From the human T2T-CHM13v2.0 reference genome, Homo sapiens, in NCBI RefSeq assembly GCF_009914755.1, contig NC_060927.1: a DNA stretch of 64,000 nucleotides; one strand, given 5' to 3'. Positions 1-13,692 of the stretch are shown here, piece by piece (position 1 is the stretch's first letter; every line of letters begins with the position of its first letter). The notes below the pieces were generated by a model, which was not told the DNA's origin, made no database searches, and worked only from the letters and a program-made list of their open reading frames with translations. Position numbers and translations under genes: made by a program.

Positions 1-817
1 TCAGATTTCCCTCCCTGTGCCTTCATGCCAGCTGTGAAAGAGTCAAAAGGCTCCCAACTGTCAAAATAAAAATGACACTTGGTCACAGAGGAAACAGATT
101 ATAGGTCAATCACCTTGATGACTTTTTAACTATGAGGAGCCATTAATGTTACTGAATAAGCAAATCTGTTTGCATAACCAGATTTTTATAGGCTCCTGGG
201 AATAAAGGCTTTCCTAAGTGGGTGATTTGTACAAAGATAGCCTTTGGGTCTCTGATGGAACAGCTCTGATGAGGAAATGTTCCTTTAATTATATGGAAGG
301 CCAATTACCACGTTATAGCAACATTGTTTTGCATATTGCATATAATTTCACCATTTCCATAGCTTCAGAACTATAATTCTGGAGAAAACTCAAGCACCAA
401 GAAGATACTTGAGGCACATTATGCTGGAGATAAAGATGTTTTAGCGAATTCAATTTAAGCTGCAACATTAAAGTTATTTTGTTGGATAAAATGTAATGCA
501 ATAATGAGCTTGTGTATGTCAACTCTATAGTGGAGGTAATAATAGCTAGAGAGAGTATGTCCCATCTCCTCTTTTTCATGCTCATTCAAGTAATAGATAA
601 TGCTATAGAGAGAACATTTCTCTAATATGTGCTTCATCTCAGGCTAAGCGTGTTTTGTGCAACTGCGCTTCATGAAAAACAAAAAGGTAAAGGAACTAAT
701 TTGGGAGCCATTCACAAAAGTGCTACCACTTGATGTTATTTTATACTCTGAGATTTCTTATTCCCAGTGCCTACCAGGAATGGACTTTCTGGAGAAGCTC
801 AGATTAATCACTCCTTA

Positions 818-2216
818 TGAGAGGTGACAGCGTGCTGGCAGAACTCACAGCCCTCACTCGCTCTCGGCACCTCCTCTGCCTGGGCTCCCACTTTGGTGGC
901 ACTTGAGGAGCCCTTCAGCCCGTGGCTGCATGATGGGAGCCCCTTTCTGGGCTGGCCAAGGTTGGAGCTGGCTCCCTCAGCTTGCAGGGAGGTGTGGAGG
1001 GAGAGGTGCGAGCCGGAACCGGGGCTGACCCCGGCGCTTCCCTGCCAGCTGGAGTTCCAGGTGGGCATGGGCTTGGCTGGCCCACACTAGGAGCGGCTGG
1101 CCGGCCCTGCCGGCCCCGGGCAGTGAGGGGGCTTAGCACCTGGGCCAGCAGCTGCTGTGCTCAACTTCTCACTGGGCCTTAGCTGCCTCCCCACAGGGCA
1201 GGGCTTGGGACCTGCAGCCCTCCATTCCTGAGCCTCCCCCACTCCGTGGGCTCCTGTGCGGCCCGAGCCTCCCCGACGAGCACCACCCCCTGCTCCATGG
1301 CGCCCAGTCCCATTGACCACCCAAGGGCTGAGGAGTGTGGGCGCATGGTGAGGGACTGGCAGGCAGCTCCACCTGTGGCTCCTGTGTGGGATCCACTGGG
1401 TGAAGCCAGCGGGGCTCCTGAGTCTGGTGGGGACTTGTAGAACTTTTATGTCTAGCTAAGGGATTGTAAATACACCAATTGGCACTCTGTATCTAGCTCA
1501 AGGTTTGTAAACACACCAATCAGCACCCTGTGTCTAGCTCAGGGTTTGTTAATGCACCAATCAACACTCTGTATCTAGCTACTCTGGTGGGGACTTGGAG
1601 AACCTTTCTGTGGACACTCTGTATCTAGCTAGTCTAGTGGGGACGTGGAGAACCTTTGTGTCTAGCTCAGGGATTGTAAACGCACCAGTCAGCACCCTGT
1701 CAAAACAGACCACTCAGGCTCTCTGTAAAATGGACCAATCAGCAGGATGTGGGTGGGACCAGGTAAAAGAATAAAAGCAGGCTGCCCGAGCCAGCAGTGG
1801 CAACCCACTGGGGTCCCCTTCCACGCTGTGGAAGCTTTGTTGTTTTGCTCTTTGCAATAAATCTTGCTGCGGCTCAGTCTTTGGGTCCACACTGCCTTTA
1901 TGAGCTGCAACACTCACTGAGAAGGTCTGCATCTTCACTCCTGAAGCCAGTGAGACCACGAACCCACCGGGAGAAATGAACAATTCCAGACGGGCCGCCT
2001 TAAGAGCTGTAACACTCACCACGAAGGTCCACAGCTTCACTCCTGAGCCAGCGAGACCACGAACCCCACCAGAAGGAAGAAACTCCAAACACATCCGAAC
2101 ATCAGAAGGAACAAACTCCAGACACACCACCTTTAAGAACTGTTAAACTCACCGTGAGGCTCTGCGGCTTCTTTCTTGAAGTCAGTGAGACCAAGAACCC
2201 ACCGTTTCTGGACACA
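818..2216 (+). mobile_element. Solo ERV9 LTR (LTR12C-like)
   Basis: Starts TGAGAGGTGACAGCGTGCTGGCAG and ends CCAAGAACCCACCG...GGACACA. Internal ~40-bp GTATCTAGCT/CACCAATCAGCAC repeats at 1440-1745, AATAAA at ~1856, U5 repeats (CTTCACTCCTGA). No internal ERV sequence follows. Confidence 0.92.
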
Positions 2217-2624
2217 TTTTACTTGGCACTGGGAGGTCTGTATGGAGCAAGTGAAGAAATCAGCAGAGTGAAGATAGAGGGAGAACAACATGATGGGGGA
2301 AAGGCAAAGTTACTGCCATATTGGTTTCAATTCTGCCACTGATGAGTGAGACCCATGACCTCCTCTCTCTAGGACTCTGTTGTTCTTATCTGTAGAGTGG
2401 AGGAATAGAGAGGCCTTTTAAAGTATTAACATTTCCTGACCTATCTGTAAAATACTTTTATTCAAACTGATGGGAATCTTGACTACTTTGCCAAGAGGAC
2501 ATAATAATCATCAAGCTGAATGCACCAAACAACATTGCCTGAAACTATCTAAGCAAAAACTGAGAAAGTTACACAGGACAGACAAACCTCCTATAAGAGT
2601 AAGAACTCTTTAGCACATGCTTAG

Positions 2625-3007
2625 TGTGTCAAAGACAATGCTGTGTTCACACCATTCCTCTTCCTGGACATGCAGAAAGGCTACATTTCCGAGCCTCCCT
2701 TGCAGTTAGTTTGGAGCCAAGTGACTGCATTTCCACCAATACGAATGTAAGAAATCACTTCTGGGCCAAGGTTATCAAAGGCAAGTTTGAGCTATGTTCC
2801 CTCTCTTCCTATCCATATGGCTACAAGTGAAAAACTCTGAGATGGCAGAATTAAAAGATGGAAACCTCCAGAATCTCTGAATCACTGTTGGACAAGGGCC
2901 CCCAAGGAGAACCCCTGCCCTGCACCAGACTATGCTATGGGTGCCAACCCACTGAGAATTCATGGTTTATTTGTCTCAGAAGCAGTCTATTGTTACACTG
3001 ATTAACA
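2625..3007. mobile_element. Old MaLR LTR fragment (MLT1-like)
   Basis: CTACATTTCCGAGCCTCCCTTGCAGTTAG and following motifs resemble MLT1 consensus; degraded. Confidence 0.55.
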
Positions 3008-3099
3008 TCCTAAGGTTTGAGAGATCTAGCGTATTGTTAATTGAAGCTAGATTTCAATTACACTGAGAACCTCCTAAAAAAAATAATCCACATTCGTTT

Positions 3100-3380
3100 T
3101 AACCACATGTGGCACATTTGCAAAAAAAAATAAAATAAAATAAAATAAAAAAAACTGGCCACATATTAGGCCATAAAGAAGTCTCAACAAAATCCACTAT
3201 AGGATTGACATTGTCCAGACCACGTTTCCCTGACCATAATGCAACAAAATTAGAAGTGAACAGCAAGAAGATAGCTAAACACAAGCATACATTTGGAAAA
3301 TTAAATTATCCTTTCATGAGTTAAATGAAAAATCACAATAGAAATTACTAAATATTTACAACTGAACGAAAACAAAACTT
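3100..3380 (+). mobile_element. Old L1 ORF2 (endonuclease region) fragment
   Basis: TATTAGGCCATAAAGAAGTCTCAAC...GACCATAATGCAACAAAATTAGAAG is L1M-like. Confidence 0.6.
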
Positions 3381-3396
3381 TATATATATATAGATA

Positions 3397-3881
3397 TTTT
3401 TTGTGAGTCTTCCAACTTTGTTCTTCTTTTACAAGGTTATTTGGGAAATTCTGGGTCTCCTACAATTCCTCATACAGTTTTATGCTGTTTGTCAATTTCT
3501 GTGGCTGGGATGAACTTGTCGTAGTTCTCATAGACCAGGGTCTGCATGTCGCTGTCTAGAGCCTGGATCTGCCGCACCATGTCTGTCTCACTGTCCATCA
3601 GCTGGGCCAGAGGGCACTCTCTATGCAGCTTGTCTAGGTAAACTTCCGGGTCGAAATGCGCCCCGTTCAGATCAGTGGGGTCCAGGGGGTTAGGCCCCAT
3701 GGGGAGTCCCACCGCCTCCCCTTCAGAGAGGCCGTAGTAAAGCTTTAGCAGCCTGTGCGCCTTCCGCCGTCGCTCCGTGAGGCTCCCCCTCGGGCCCTTC
3801 TGGGGAGTTCCCAGGTCCACACCCCGGGCTAGGCCCAGCGGCAGCTGCCACCACCATAGCTCCAACTGCAGCCCACGGGCG
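3397..3881 (-). pseudogene. VPS51P: Processed VPS51 fragment (N-terminal ~120 codons) fused to an L1 piece
   Basis: ORF 3470-3865 gives [20 protein letters not shown]...[57 protein letters not shown], matching VPS51. ATG at 3857 reads [12 protein letters not shown], followed by a frameshift. No intron; homology stops at 3499. Confidence 0.9.
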
Positions 3882-4633
3882 TAATTTTTATATTTTTAAG
3901 TTGGATACATGGAGCTACTTGGCTTTTGCTTTCATCACATCATTGAGGAAAGAGGTGGTTGCTTATGGTACCCCTGTTTTTACTGCAACCTGTAATAGAT
4001 GAGAACCTCCCTGTTGCAGAGAGCAAAACACTGAACTAAATTGTACTGTAACACAGCCCTGTGTTGGGGGATTGGGAGTGATCATGCAAACGCTTGCAAG
4101 TTTGCACAGTGACAGAGACAATTGTTTGGGCAGCTGTTCTCTATATGAAAGGCAATTGACCAAAAGTCAGTTACTGAGATATCTCAATAATTTCATTTTA
4201 TTTTAACTTTTGGCAGCAGGGTGCAATTAAAGGAGAGAAAGAAAACAAAGTGGTAAATGTAAGATAATGTACACACATGTGTACAAGAAAATAACAAGAC
4301 AGGATGACTATTTGTCTCCTGGTTAGCTCCTTGGGCTCTATATCTCCTTCCTCAGAGAACCTCGCTTTCCTTTGTCTAGATTTGTTAGGGTGGATAATCC
4401 AGGTGCCTGCTCCCCCATGATGGAAGCCAAAGACGTCCCTGGAGCCGCCTCCCGCTGCATCCTTTCCTGCACTGCCCACATGGACACAACTCAGCTGATT
4501 AGACTTCCTCTCAGAACTTTAGTCTTGAGCAAAGGGATTAAAGGGTGAAGTGACTGAAGGTATGCCCTTCCAAAGTGGTACGTGAGCTGATGGCTAAAGT
4601 TTGCCAAGCCCTTCCAAGCACTTTTTTTCGTAA

Positions 4634-4937
<304 letters not shown>

Positions 4938-5871
4938 ATTCAAAAAGTTTTAAGCAGAGCTCAGAGATCTTAACCACAGGCACATCTGAGGAGCATTTTT
5001 GAAACACTTTCCAGCTTCCTCAATAGGAATGGAAGCCAAAATCCGAATTGATGACTCCTTTGAGGAAGTCGAGAGCTGTATGGAAAGCCAGGAACAGGGG
5101 CAAGGGAGAGATGTGTCCCGAATGATCCTGTGCCAATTCTTTCTAGAATCCTTGATGTGATCTCAGCTGCCCTTTCTATACTTGACACAGTGATTGTGGC
5201 ACCCACTGGTCTAGCTGTGGTCTACAAGGAACCCCCAAAGGGAAGGGCACAGTGAGCAGGGGCATCAGCCTGAATGACAAGGATTTGAGAGGGCAGGTTG
5301 GATGCACGGAGAGGACTGGCCAAATGCCATGTGTCTGGACTTAGACTGCCTGGTTCACCCCTGACTTCAACCTTTTTGACTTCATGATCTGGTAGAAGTT
5401 GTATGAAAATGCGTTGCTCCTTTTCTAGTGTGTAAAATCATCATGAAATGTGCACTAATAACTGGGAGACTACGCAGATGAAATGAAACAAGCTGCATAG
5501 AGCACAGAGCTCAGAGGCTGGCCTTCAGGAAGCCCTCAGTAAGGGTTCATGATGCCATGGTGTCTGTCATCATCCTCTTTATCCTCATTATCACCTTCAT
5601 AATGTTTTTGTTGTTCTTAGGGAATAGTTGAGAGGGACTGATTCCCTGCTATCATGGGTGAGATGTCTATGAAAAGGAGAACCAGTGGGGGAGGAAAGCA
5701 AAATTTTGAATAAGATTTCTGAGACCCCCACCACAACCAAGAACAGAAACTCCACAGTCGGCTGAGCGGACAGTTTGCACATTGGTCTCTCACATCTGCA
5801 CACCACACTCTCCTGTTTGTCCTGAAGATGAGGAAACAAACAAGGCTCCCAACCGTCCCTCAGCACTCACT

Positions 5872-6900
5872 TGAAGGGGTGGCCTGCCCCTCCACACCTG
5901 TGGGTATTTCTAGTCGGGTGGGATGAGAGACTGAGAAAAGAAATAAGACACAGAGACAAAGTATAGAGAAACAACAGTGGGCCCATGGGACTGGCGCTTA
6001 GCATACCAAGGACCTGCACCGGCACCACCTCTGAGTTCCCTCAGTTTTTATTGATTATCATTTTTATTATTTTAGCAAAAAGGAATGTAGTAGGAGGGCA
6101 GGGTGATAATAAGGAGAAGGTCAGCAACGAACATGTGAGCAACAGAATCTATGTCATAAGGAAGTTCAAGGGAAGGTACTATGACTGGACGTGTACATAA
6201 GCCAGATTTATGTTTCTCTCTACCCAAACATCTCAGTGGAGTAAAGAATAACAAGGCAGCATTGCTGCAAACGTGTCTCACCTCCCACCATAGGGCTGTT
6301 TTTCTCCCATCTCAGAACTGAACAAATGTACAATCGGGCTTTACACTGAGACATTCAGTTCCCAGGGGCAGGCAGGAGACAGTGGCCTTCCTCTCTCTCA
6401 ACTGCAAGGGGCTTTCCTCTTTGACTAATCCACCTCAGCACAGACCCTTTACGGGGGTCGGGCTGGGGGATGGTCAGGTCTTTTTCATCCCATGAGGCCA
6501 CATTTCAGACTATCACATGGGGAGAAACCTTGGACAATACGCCGCTTTCAAGGGCAGAGGTTCCTGCGGCTTTCCACAGTGTATCGTGCCCCTGGTTTAT
6601 TGAGACTAGAGAAGGGCGATGACTTTTACCAAGTATACTCCTTGTAAACATTTTGTTAACAAGGCACGTCCTGCACAGCCCTACATCCCTTAAACATTGA
6701 TTTCATACAACACATGTTTTTGTGAGCTTCAGGTTGGGTCAAAGTGGTTGGTTCAAAGTGGCTGGGGCAAAGCTACAGACGAACAACATCTCAGCAAAGC
6801 AATTGTTGAAAGTACAGGTCTTTTTCAAAATGGAGTCTCTTATGTCTTTCCTTTCTACATAGACACAGTAAGAGTCTGATCTCTCTTTCTTTTCCCTACA
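5872..6900 (-). mobile_element. Solo HERV-K(HML-2) LTR, LTR5A-type
   Basis: Reverse strand starts TGTAGGGAAAAGAAAGAGAGATCAGAC and ends GGCCACCCCTTCA. Perfect 6-bp TSD CTCACT at 5866-5871 and 6901-6906. Confidence 0.95.
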
Positions 6901-7656
6901 CTCACTGAACTGCCCTTCGCCTCTGCTGGGCCATGACCACGGAGAACAGGTCCACTGTCCTCCCTGCGTGGTGCACGATGGAGGCTCAGACTCTGTCCTC
7001 AAGGCTGGCAAGAAGACAGGGTGAGATATGAGCCTCCTGATACAGGTAACGGGTGTGGAGCCTACAGGACTGGAACCTCCCACTGCAGGGCTGAAGGCAC
7101 AGACTGAGTATTTACTATTCTGTGGCCTGGGGGGCTCAAGGCACAGAGTTCCTCATTAGCCAAAATCGCCCAAGTTCCCCAAGCTCTAAGGACTTCCTCA
7201 TCATCATGCAAGAAGAAGAAGAGAAAAGTGAGTGTCCGTAGAAGCTTTGGGGCTCTTCCTCTAATCAAGAGAAAGCTGGTATGTATTCTTCACTTCTTTC
7301 TTTTTAAAGATCCAACTGCTTTAATTTTCATCTGTTATGGGACAATATACCACGTATAAATATTAAAAATTATAAATATACATTAGTTCATATAGAATGG
7401 CCAGTATAAATATTTACAATTTCCACTCTTTTTCAGTTTACAGTTTAATGACATTAAGTACGTTCACATTGTTTAGCAACCATCACCGCCATCGTCTTCG
7501 GAACAGTTTTATCTTTCAAAATGGAAATTGCACCCATTCACCAAGCTCTCCATTCCTCTCTCTCGCCCACCCCTGGGGGCCACCTTTCTAGTTTGCAACT
7601 CTATGAGTTTAACTACTCTAGACACTTGATAGATAAGTGGAATCATAACGTGTTTA

Positions 7657-7953
<297 letters not shown>

Positions 7954-8045
7954 ATGTTTATCCTTTTGGGATTTATTTATTTCACTGACGATAATGTCTT
8001 CAAGGTTCATCCATGTTGCGGCCTGCTTCAGAAGTGCCTGTCTGG

Positions 8046-8378
8046 TTTTTTTGTTTGTTTTTTGTTTGCTCGTTTGACTTTGTTTTGTTTTGTGTTCCCA
8101 TGGAGTCTCACTCTGTCGCACAGGCTGGAGTGCAGTAGCACAATCTGGGCTCACTGCAACCTCCGCCTCCCAGGTTCCAGCGATTCTTGTGCCTCAGCCC
8201 CCGGAGTAGCTGGGACTATAGGCACACGCCACCACGCTCGTCTCATTTTTTGCATTTTCAGTAGAGACAGGGTTTCACCAAGATGGCCAGGCTGATCTTG
8301 AATTCCTGACCTCAGGTGATCCGCCCACCTAGGTCTTCCAAGATGCTGCGATTACAGGTGTCAGCCACCAAACCGGCC
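8046..8378 (-). mobile_element. Alu
   Basis: Alu dimer in reverse with (TTTG)n tail. Confidence 0.9.
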
Positions 8379-9417
8379 AGAGGTGCCTGCCTTTTTAAGG
8401 CTGAATAGTCTTCCACTGTGTGAAGGAACTGCAGTGTGCTTTTTCATTCATCTGTCCACGAACCCTTGGGTTACTTCCACATTTTGGCGGTTGTGAATAA
8501 TGCTACTACGAATATGGGTGTACAAAAATCTGTCTTCCACTCCTGGCTTCTAATTCTTTTTGGTAGGTACCCACAAATGCAACTGCGGGAACATCTGATC
8601 ATTCTGTTTCTAATTTTTCCAGTACACGCCATACTATTTTCCTCATTCCTTCACGGTTTTACATTCCCTCCAATCACATTGGAGCATTCTTACTTCCCTC
8701 TAGTCTCACCAATGCTTGTTTATTTATCATATCCATCCTAATGTGTGGTATGACATTCTTGGTTTGATTTGCACTTCCCTACGATTAGTGATTTTGAATA
8801 TCATTTTAGATGCTTCTTGGCCATTGCTATATCTTCTTTAGGAACACATCTACTCGAGTCTTCTGACCATTGTTGATGGGATGCTTTGGGTTTCTTGTTG
8901 TTTAGTTCTAGCTGTTCTTTATATATGATGGATATCAGCCTCTTTTCAGATATATGCTTTGCAAATACTTTTCCTAATCCATGGGTTATCTTTTCACTCT
9001 GTTTGCAGTGTTTTTTGCTGCACAAAAGTGTCTGTCATTTAGATGTAATCCAAGGAATCTAATTTTCTTTTGTTGCCTATGCTTTTGGTGTCATATCCCA
9101 GAGAGCATTGCCCAATCTGATATCATGAAAGTGTGGCCAATGTTTTCTTTTAGGCGTATGATACATTTAGTGCTTGGGGTTAGGTCTTTGATCCAGTTTG
9201 TGTTAATTTTTGCACCTGGTGTGACATAGAGTCCACCTTCATTCTTCTGCATGTGGAAATCAAGTTTCTCCAACACCAATTCTTGAAAAGGCTGTTTTTC
9301 CACCAATGAGCTTTCTTAGCACTCATGTTAAAAATCGTTTCAACATATAGGTGAGAAGTTATTTCTGGGCTCAAAAACAAACAAGCAACAACAGACAACA
9401 GATAAGGATACAGCTTG

Positions 9418-9723
<306 letters not shown>

Positions 9724-10009
9724 CCAGCATGATTTCAAGAGCAGAAAGAGAAGAGCTGAAAAACCAGCATAATGAGAAAGTTAGGAAGCTTCTTACCAAA
9801 GCATCAGGAAATATGCAAGAAATTCTTGTGAACTAAAATTTTCATACTGTACTATCAAACACTAGAACTCACTTATTCTATCTTTCTGTATGTTGGGACC
9901 CAATTATCCACTTCTCTTCATTCCCCATCCCACCCCTTTTCTTCCTAGCGTCTGCTAACCACCTTTATACTTTCCACCTTCCTGAGATTCCTTTTGTGTG
10001 TAGGTGTGT

Positions 10010-10290
10010 GATGGAGTCTCTTTCTGTTGCCCAGATTGGAGTACACAGCCACAATCCGGGCTCACTGCAAGCTCCGCCTCCCGAGTTCAAGCGCTTCTTG
10101 GGCCTCAGCCCTCTGAGTAGCTGTGACTACAGGCACGCTTCACCACACCCGGCTAATTGTTTGTGTTTTCAGTAGAGACGGGGTTTCACCATGTTGGCCA
10201 GGCGGGTCTCAAACTCCTGGCCTCAAGTGATCCGAGCGACTCGGCCTCCCACAGTGCTGGGATTACAGGCCTCAGCCACCACACCCGGCC
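10010..10290 (-). mobile_element. Alu
   Basis: Alu dimer in reverse. Confidence 0.88.
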
Positions 10291-10619
10291 AAGGTTTCCT
10301 TTTCTCTTCCTACATAGAAGTGAGGACGTGAAATATTTGTCATTCTGTGCCTGGCTTATTTCATTTAATATACAGACCTGCAATCTCATCCATTTTGTCT
10401 GCAGAGGAGAGGATTTTCTTCCTTTTTAGGCTGAATAATACTTCATTGGGTGTGTATACCACAGTTTCTTAATTGAAAAAATTTCTAAAGAGCAAATATT
10501 TTTAAAGTCTCGGAATATGAAACTTCAGGGATACTGTGCCTATTTTATTCTTTTCTATTTCCCACCTTATGTATATGCAAGTGTATAACAAAGCAGCAAT
10601 CAATGTGTGTATAAATCTA

Positions 10620-11078
<459 letters not shown>

Positions 11079-11832
11079 TTAATTTCTGTTCTTACTCATT
11101 GGAGCTTGATGCCTCTAAAAACTTCATCATTGGAACCACCTCTGGTGCTTTAAAAGAAAAAAAAAAAAATCCACATACTCACACAGGTGCAAGGAAATCA
11201 GAATCTCAGGTATTGAGACCCAGGCCTCATCATTTGTAAGCTCCCCAGGTGATTTGATTAAGGGCCAAGATTGAGGAAGGGCGACATGGATCTTTTCACA
11301 TAACCTGCCTAAATAGATTCTCTAGAAGCAGTTTATAAAGAAATTCCACATGAACTGTGGAAGAGGATATGAATTTGATGTACAGTATGTCCTCACTTAA
11401 CATCTTTGAAAGTCTCTTGGAAACTTCACCTTGAAGCAAAATTATGTATAGTGAAACCACTTATTTTTCATCAACAGTATAACTACACAACTTTGAACAA
11501 CCAATGGTGTTGGAGAACCTCCTGTACATTGTTTCCATAAAGTCAGTTTTCAGGGAATTCCAAAATGAAGTGAGGACTTCGTGTATATAAAAAGATGGTT
11601 GTGATTCCACCTGGATGACCGGGTTATTGCTCAGAAGCTAAAAGTGGCCGCCTAGGTATAGAGGATTCTGTCATGAGATTTCTGCTAAACAAAGGATCCC
11701 AGAATCCTCACCCATTGCAGTTAAAGGCATAACGAAGAAAGCAATATTCACAAAGGAAATGCGGAAAGGAATAAAAGCCATCAAGCCACAAAAATAATGT
11801 GACTAAAGGGCAGGATTTACAGATGTAGAGAT

Positions 11833-12838
11833 TTAATGTGGTTGCCCTTTCTCACCCACACAAGAAAAAGGATGGAAGATATCATGAGATTCGACTGTTC
11901 TGCTGCACAGCCTCCGCAGGACACTTTGTATATCCCTCTTTCCTAGGCTGTAGATGAAAAGGTTCAGCATGGGGGTGACCACAGCATACATCACTGACAC
12001 CACCACACCATTCCTGGGGGGTGGTGACACAGCTGAAGTCAGGTACATGCCAATGCCTGTTCCATCAAATCAGCAAACAACTGCCAGGTAAGAGCCACAG
12101 GTGGAGAAGCCTTTATACTTCCCATCTGACGATGACATCCTTAGAATGGAGGGGACAATTTTATAGTAAGACAAAAGGATCCCTGAAATGGGAAGAAAAC
12201 CAAACATAGTACTATCGAAATATATGAATATGTTATTGATGACGCTGTCAGAACAAGCAAGGTTGAGAAGTTGAGAGGGGTCACAGACAAAATTAGTGAT
12301 TTCCACATTCTTGATGATGGTGAATAGTAACACAATCCAACTGTGCAGCTGGGAATCCAACGGGCTAAGGAAAAAGGACACCAAGACGAAGAAGACACAG
12401 AGGTGAGGATTCACGATGACTGGGTAGTGCAGAGGGCGACAGATGGCTACAAAGCAGTCATAGGCCATCACAGTCAGGAGCATGTCTTCCATGCATGCAA
12501 AAAGGACAAAGAAAGACATCCGTGTCAGGCAGCCCTCATAAGAGATGACTCTGCTATGCGACTGCATGTTCACAATCATCTTGGGAACCATGGCCAAGGT
12601 GAAACCGATGTCAGCTCAGCAGAGTTTGGAGAGGAAGAAGCACATGGGGGTGTGGAGCGGGGAGTCAGAGCTGACAGCCAGGATGCTGAGCAGGTTCCTC
12701 AGCACCGTGACCATATACATGGACAGGGACAGGGACAGCAAAGCGAGGACCGGCTGCAGTTCTGGATCCTCTGAGAGTCCCAGGAGGAGGAATTCTCAGA
12801 CACCTGTGAGATTCCGTGGCTCTGTGTGACTTGGACAC
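11833..12838 (-). pseudogene. OR7E: Olfactory receptor family 7E pseudogene
   Basis: Single frame: [28 protein letters not shown]...[44 protein letters not shown]. In-frame TGA at 12618-12616 and 12072-12070. Possibly OR7E121P if this is 3p12.3. Confidence 0.95.
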
Positions 12839-13473
12839 CTTGAGAAGTAAAGAGGATTGGAAAAATAAAAGATAAAAACCAGCCCTTAATGCTGGATGCA
12901 AGCAATTCACAAGGAACATTTTCACACTTGTGGACCATACACCGCCAGCAATGTTTCTCAGATGTGACAATTCCAAAAATATCAGAGTTATTACGTGATT
13001 TACTTTTTTGCTATAAAAGTCTTTGTGTACATACTACTTTAGAGAAAATCCACTGAAGAATATTACAAGACCAAAACGTCATATATAACAAATACGTGAT
13101 CTCAGTAAAATACGGCCTACTCTTTTCAGAAAAAAATACAATGCAATGAAAATGTCCTTCTCTCTTTAAGAAAAAGATCTCAGTCTAATTGAAAGAAATT
13201 AAGAAGCCGTGAAATACACTCTATTTTATTCTGACACCATGCTACAAATTCCTTTGATGTAGAATATGTAAAAGGACGACACAATAGCTAGGACGCCATT
13301 ATCTAAAAACGAAATCGAACCTTATAGTTCTCAATCGGAAGACCTTTTCACATGCCTGTTACTTTTCATATTTATTATCATCCTTAGGTTTTCTGACATC
13401 ATTTCTTCATAAAAGTACATGCACACTCAAATATGGGAGATGTGTTTCCAAATGAATTGAATATATAACTCTT

Positions 13474-13692
13474 GGCCCAGCACCATGGCTCACACCTGTA
13501 ATCCCAGCAATTTGGGCAGCCGAGGCTGATGGATCACCTGAGGTCAGGAGATCCAGACCAACGTGGCCAACGTGGTGAAACCCCGTCTCCAGTGAAAACA
13601 AAAAAAAATTAGCCGGGCGTGGTGGCGGGTAAACCTAGCTACTTGGGAGGCTGAAGCGGGAGAATCCCTTAGAACCTGGAAGACAGAGATTG
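13474..13692 (+). mobile_element. 3'-truncated Alu abutting satellite
   Basis: Alu stops at GAACCTGGAAGACAGAGATTG with no tail; satellite starts at once. Confidence 0.85.
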
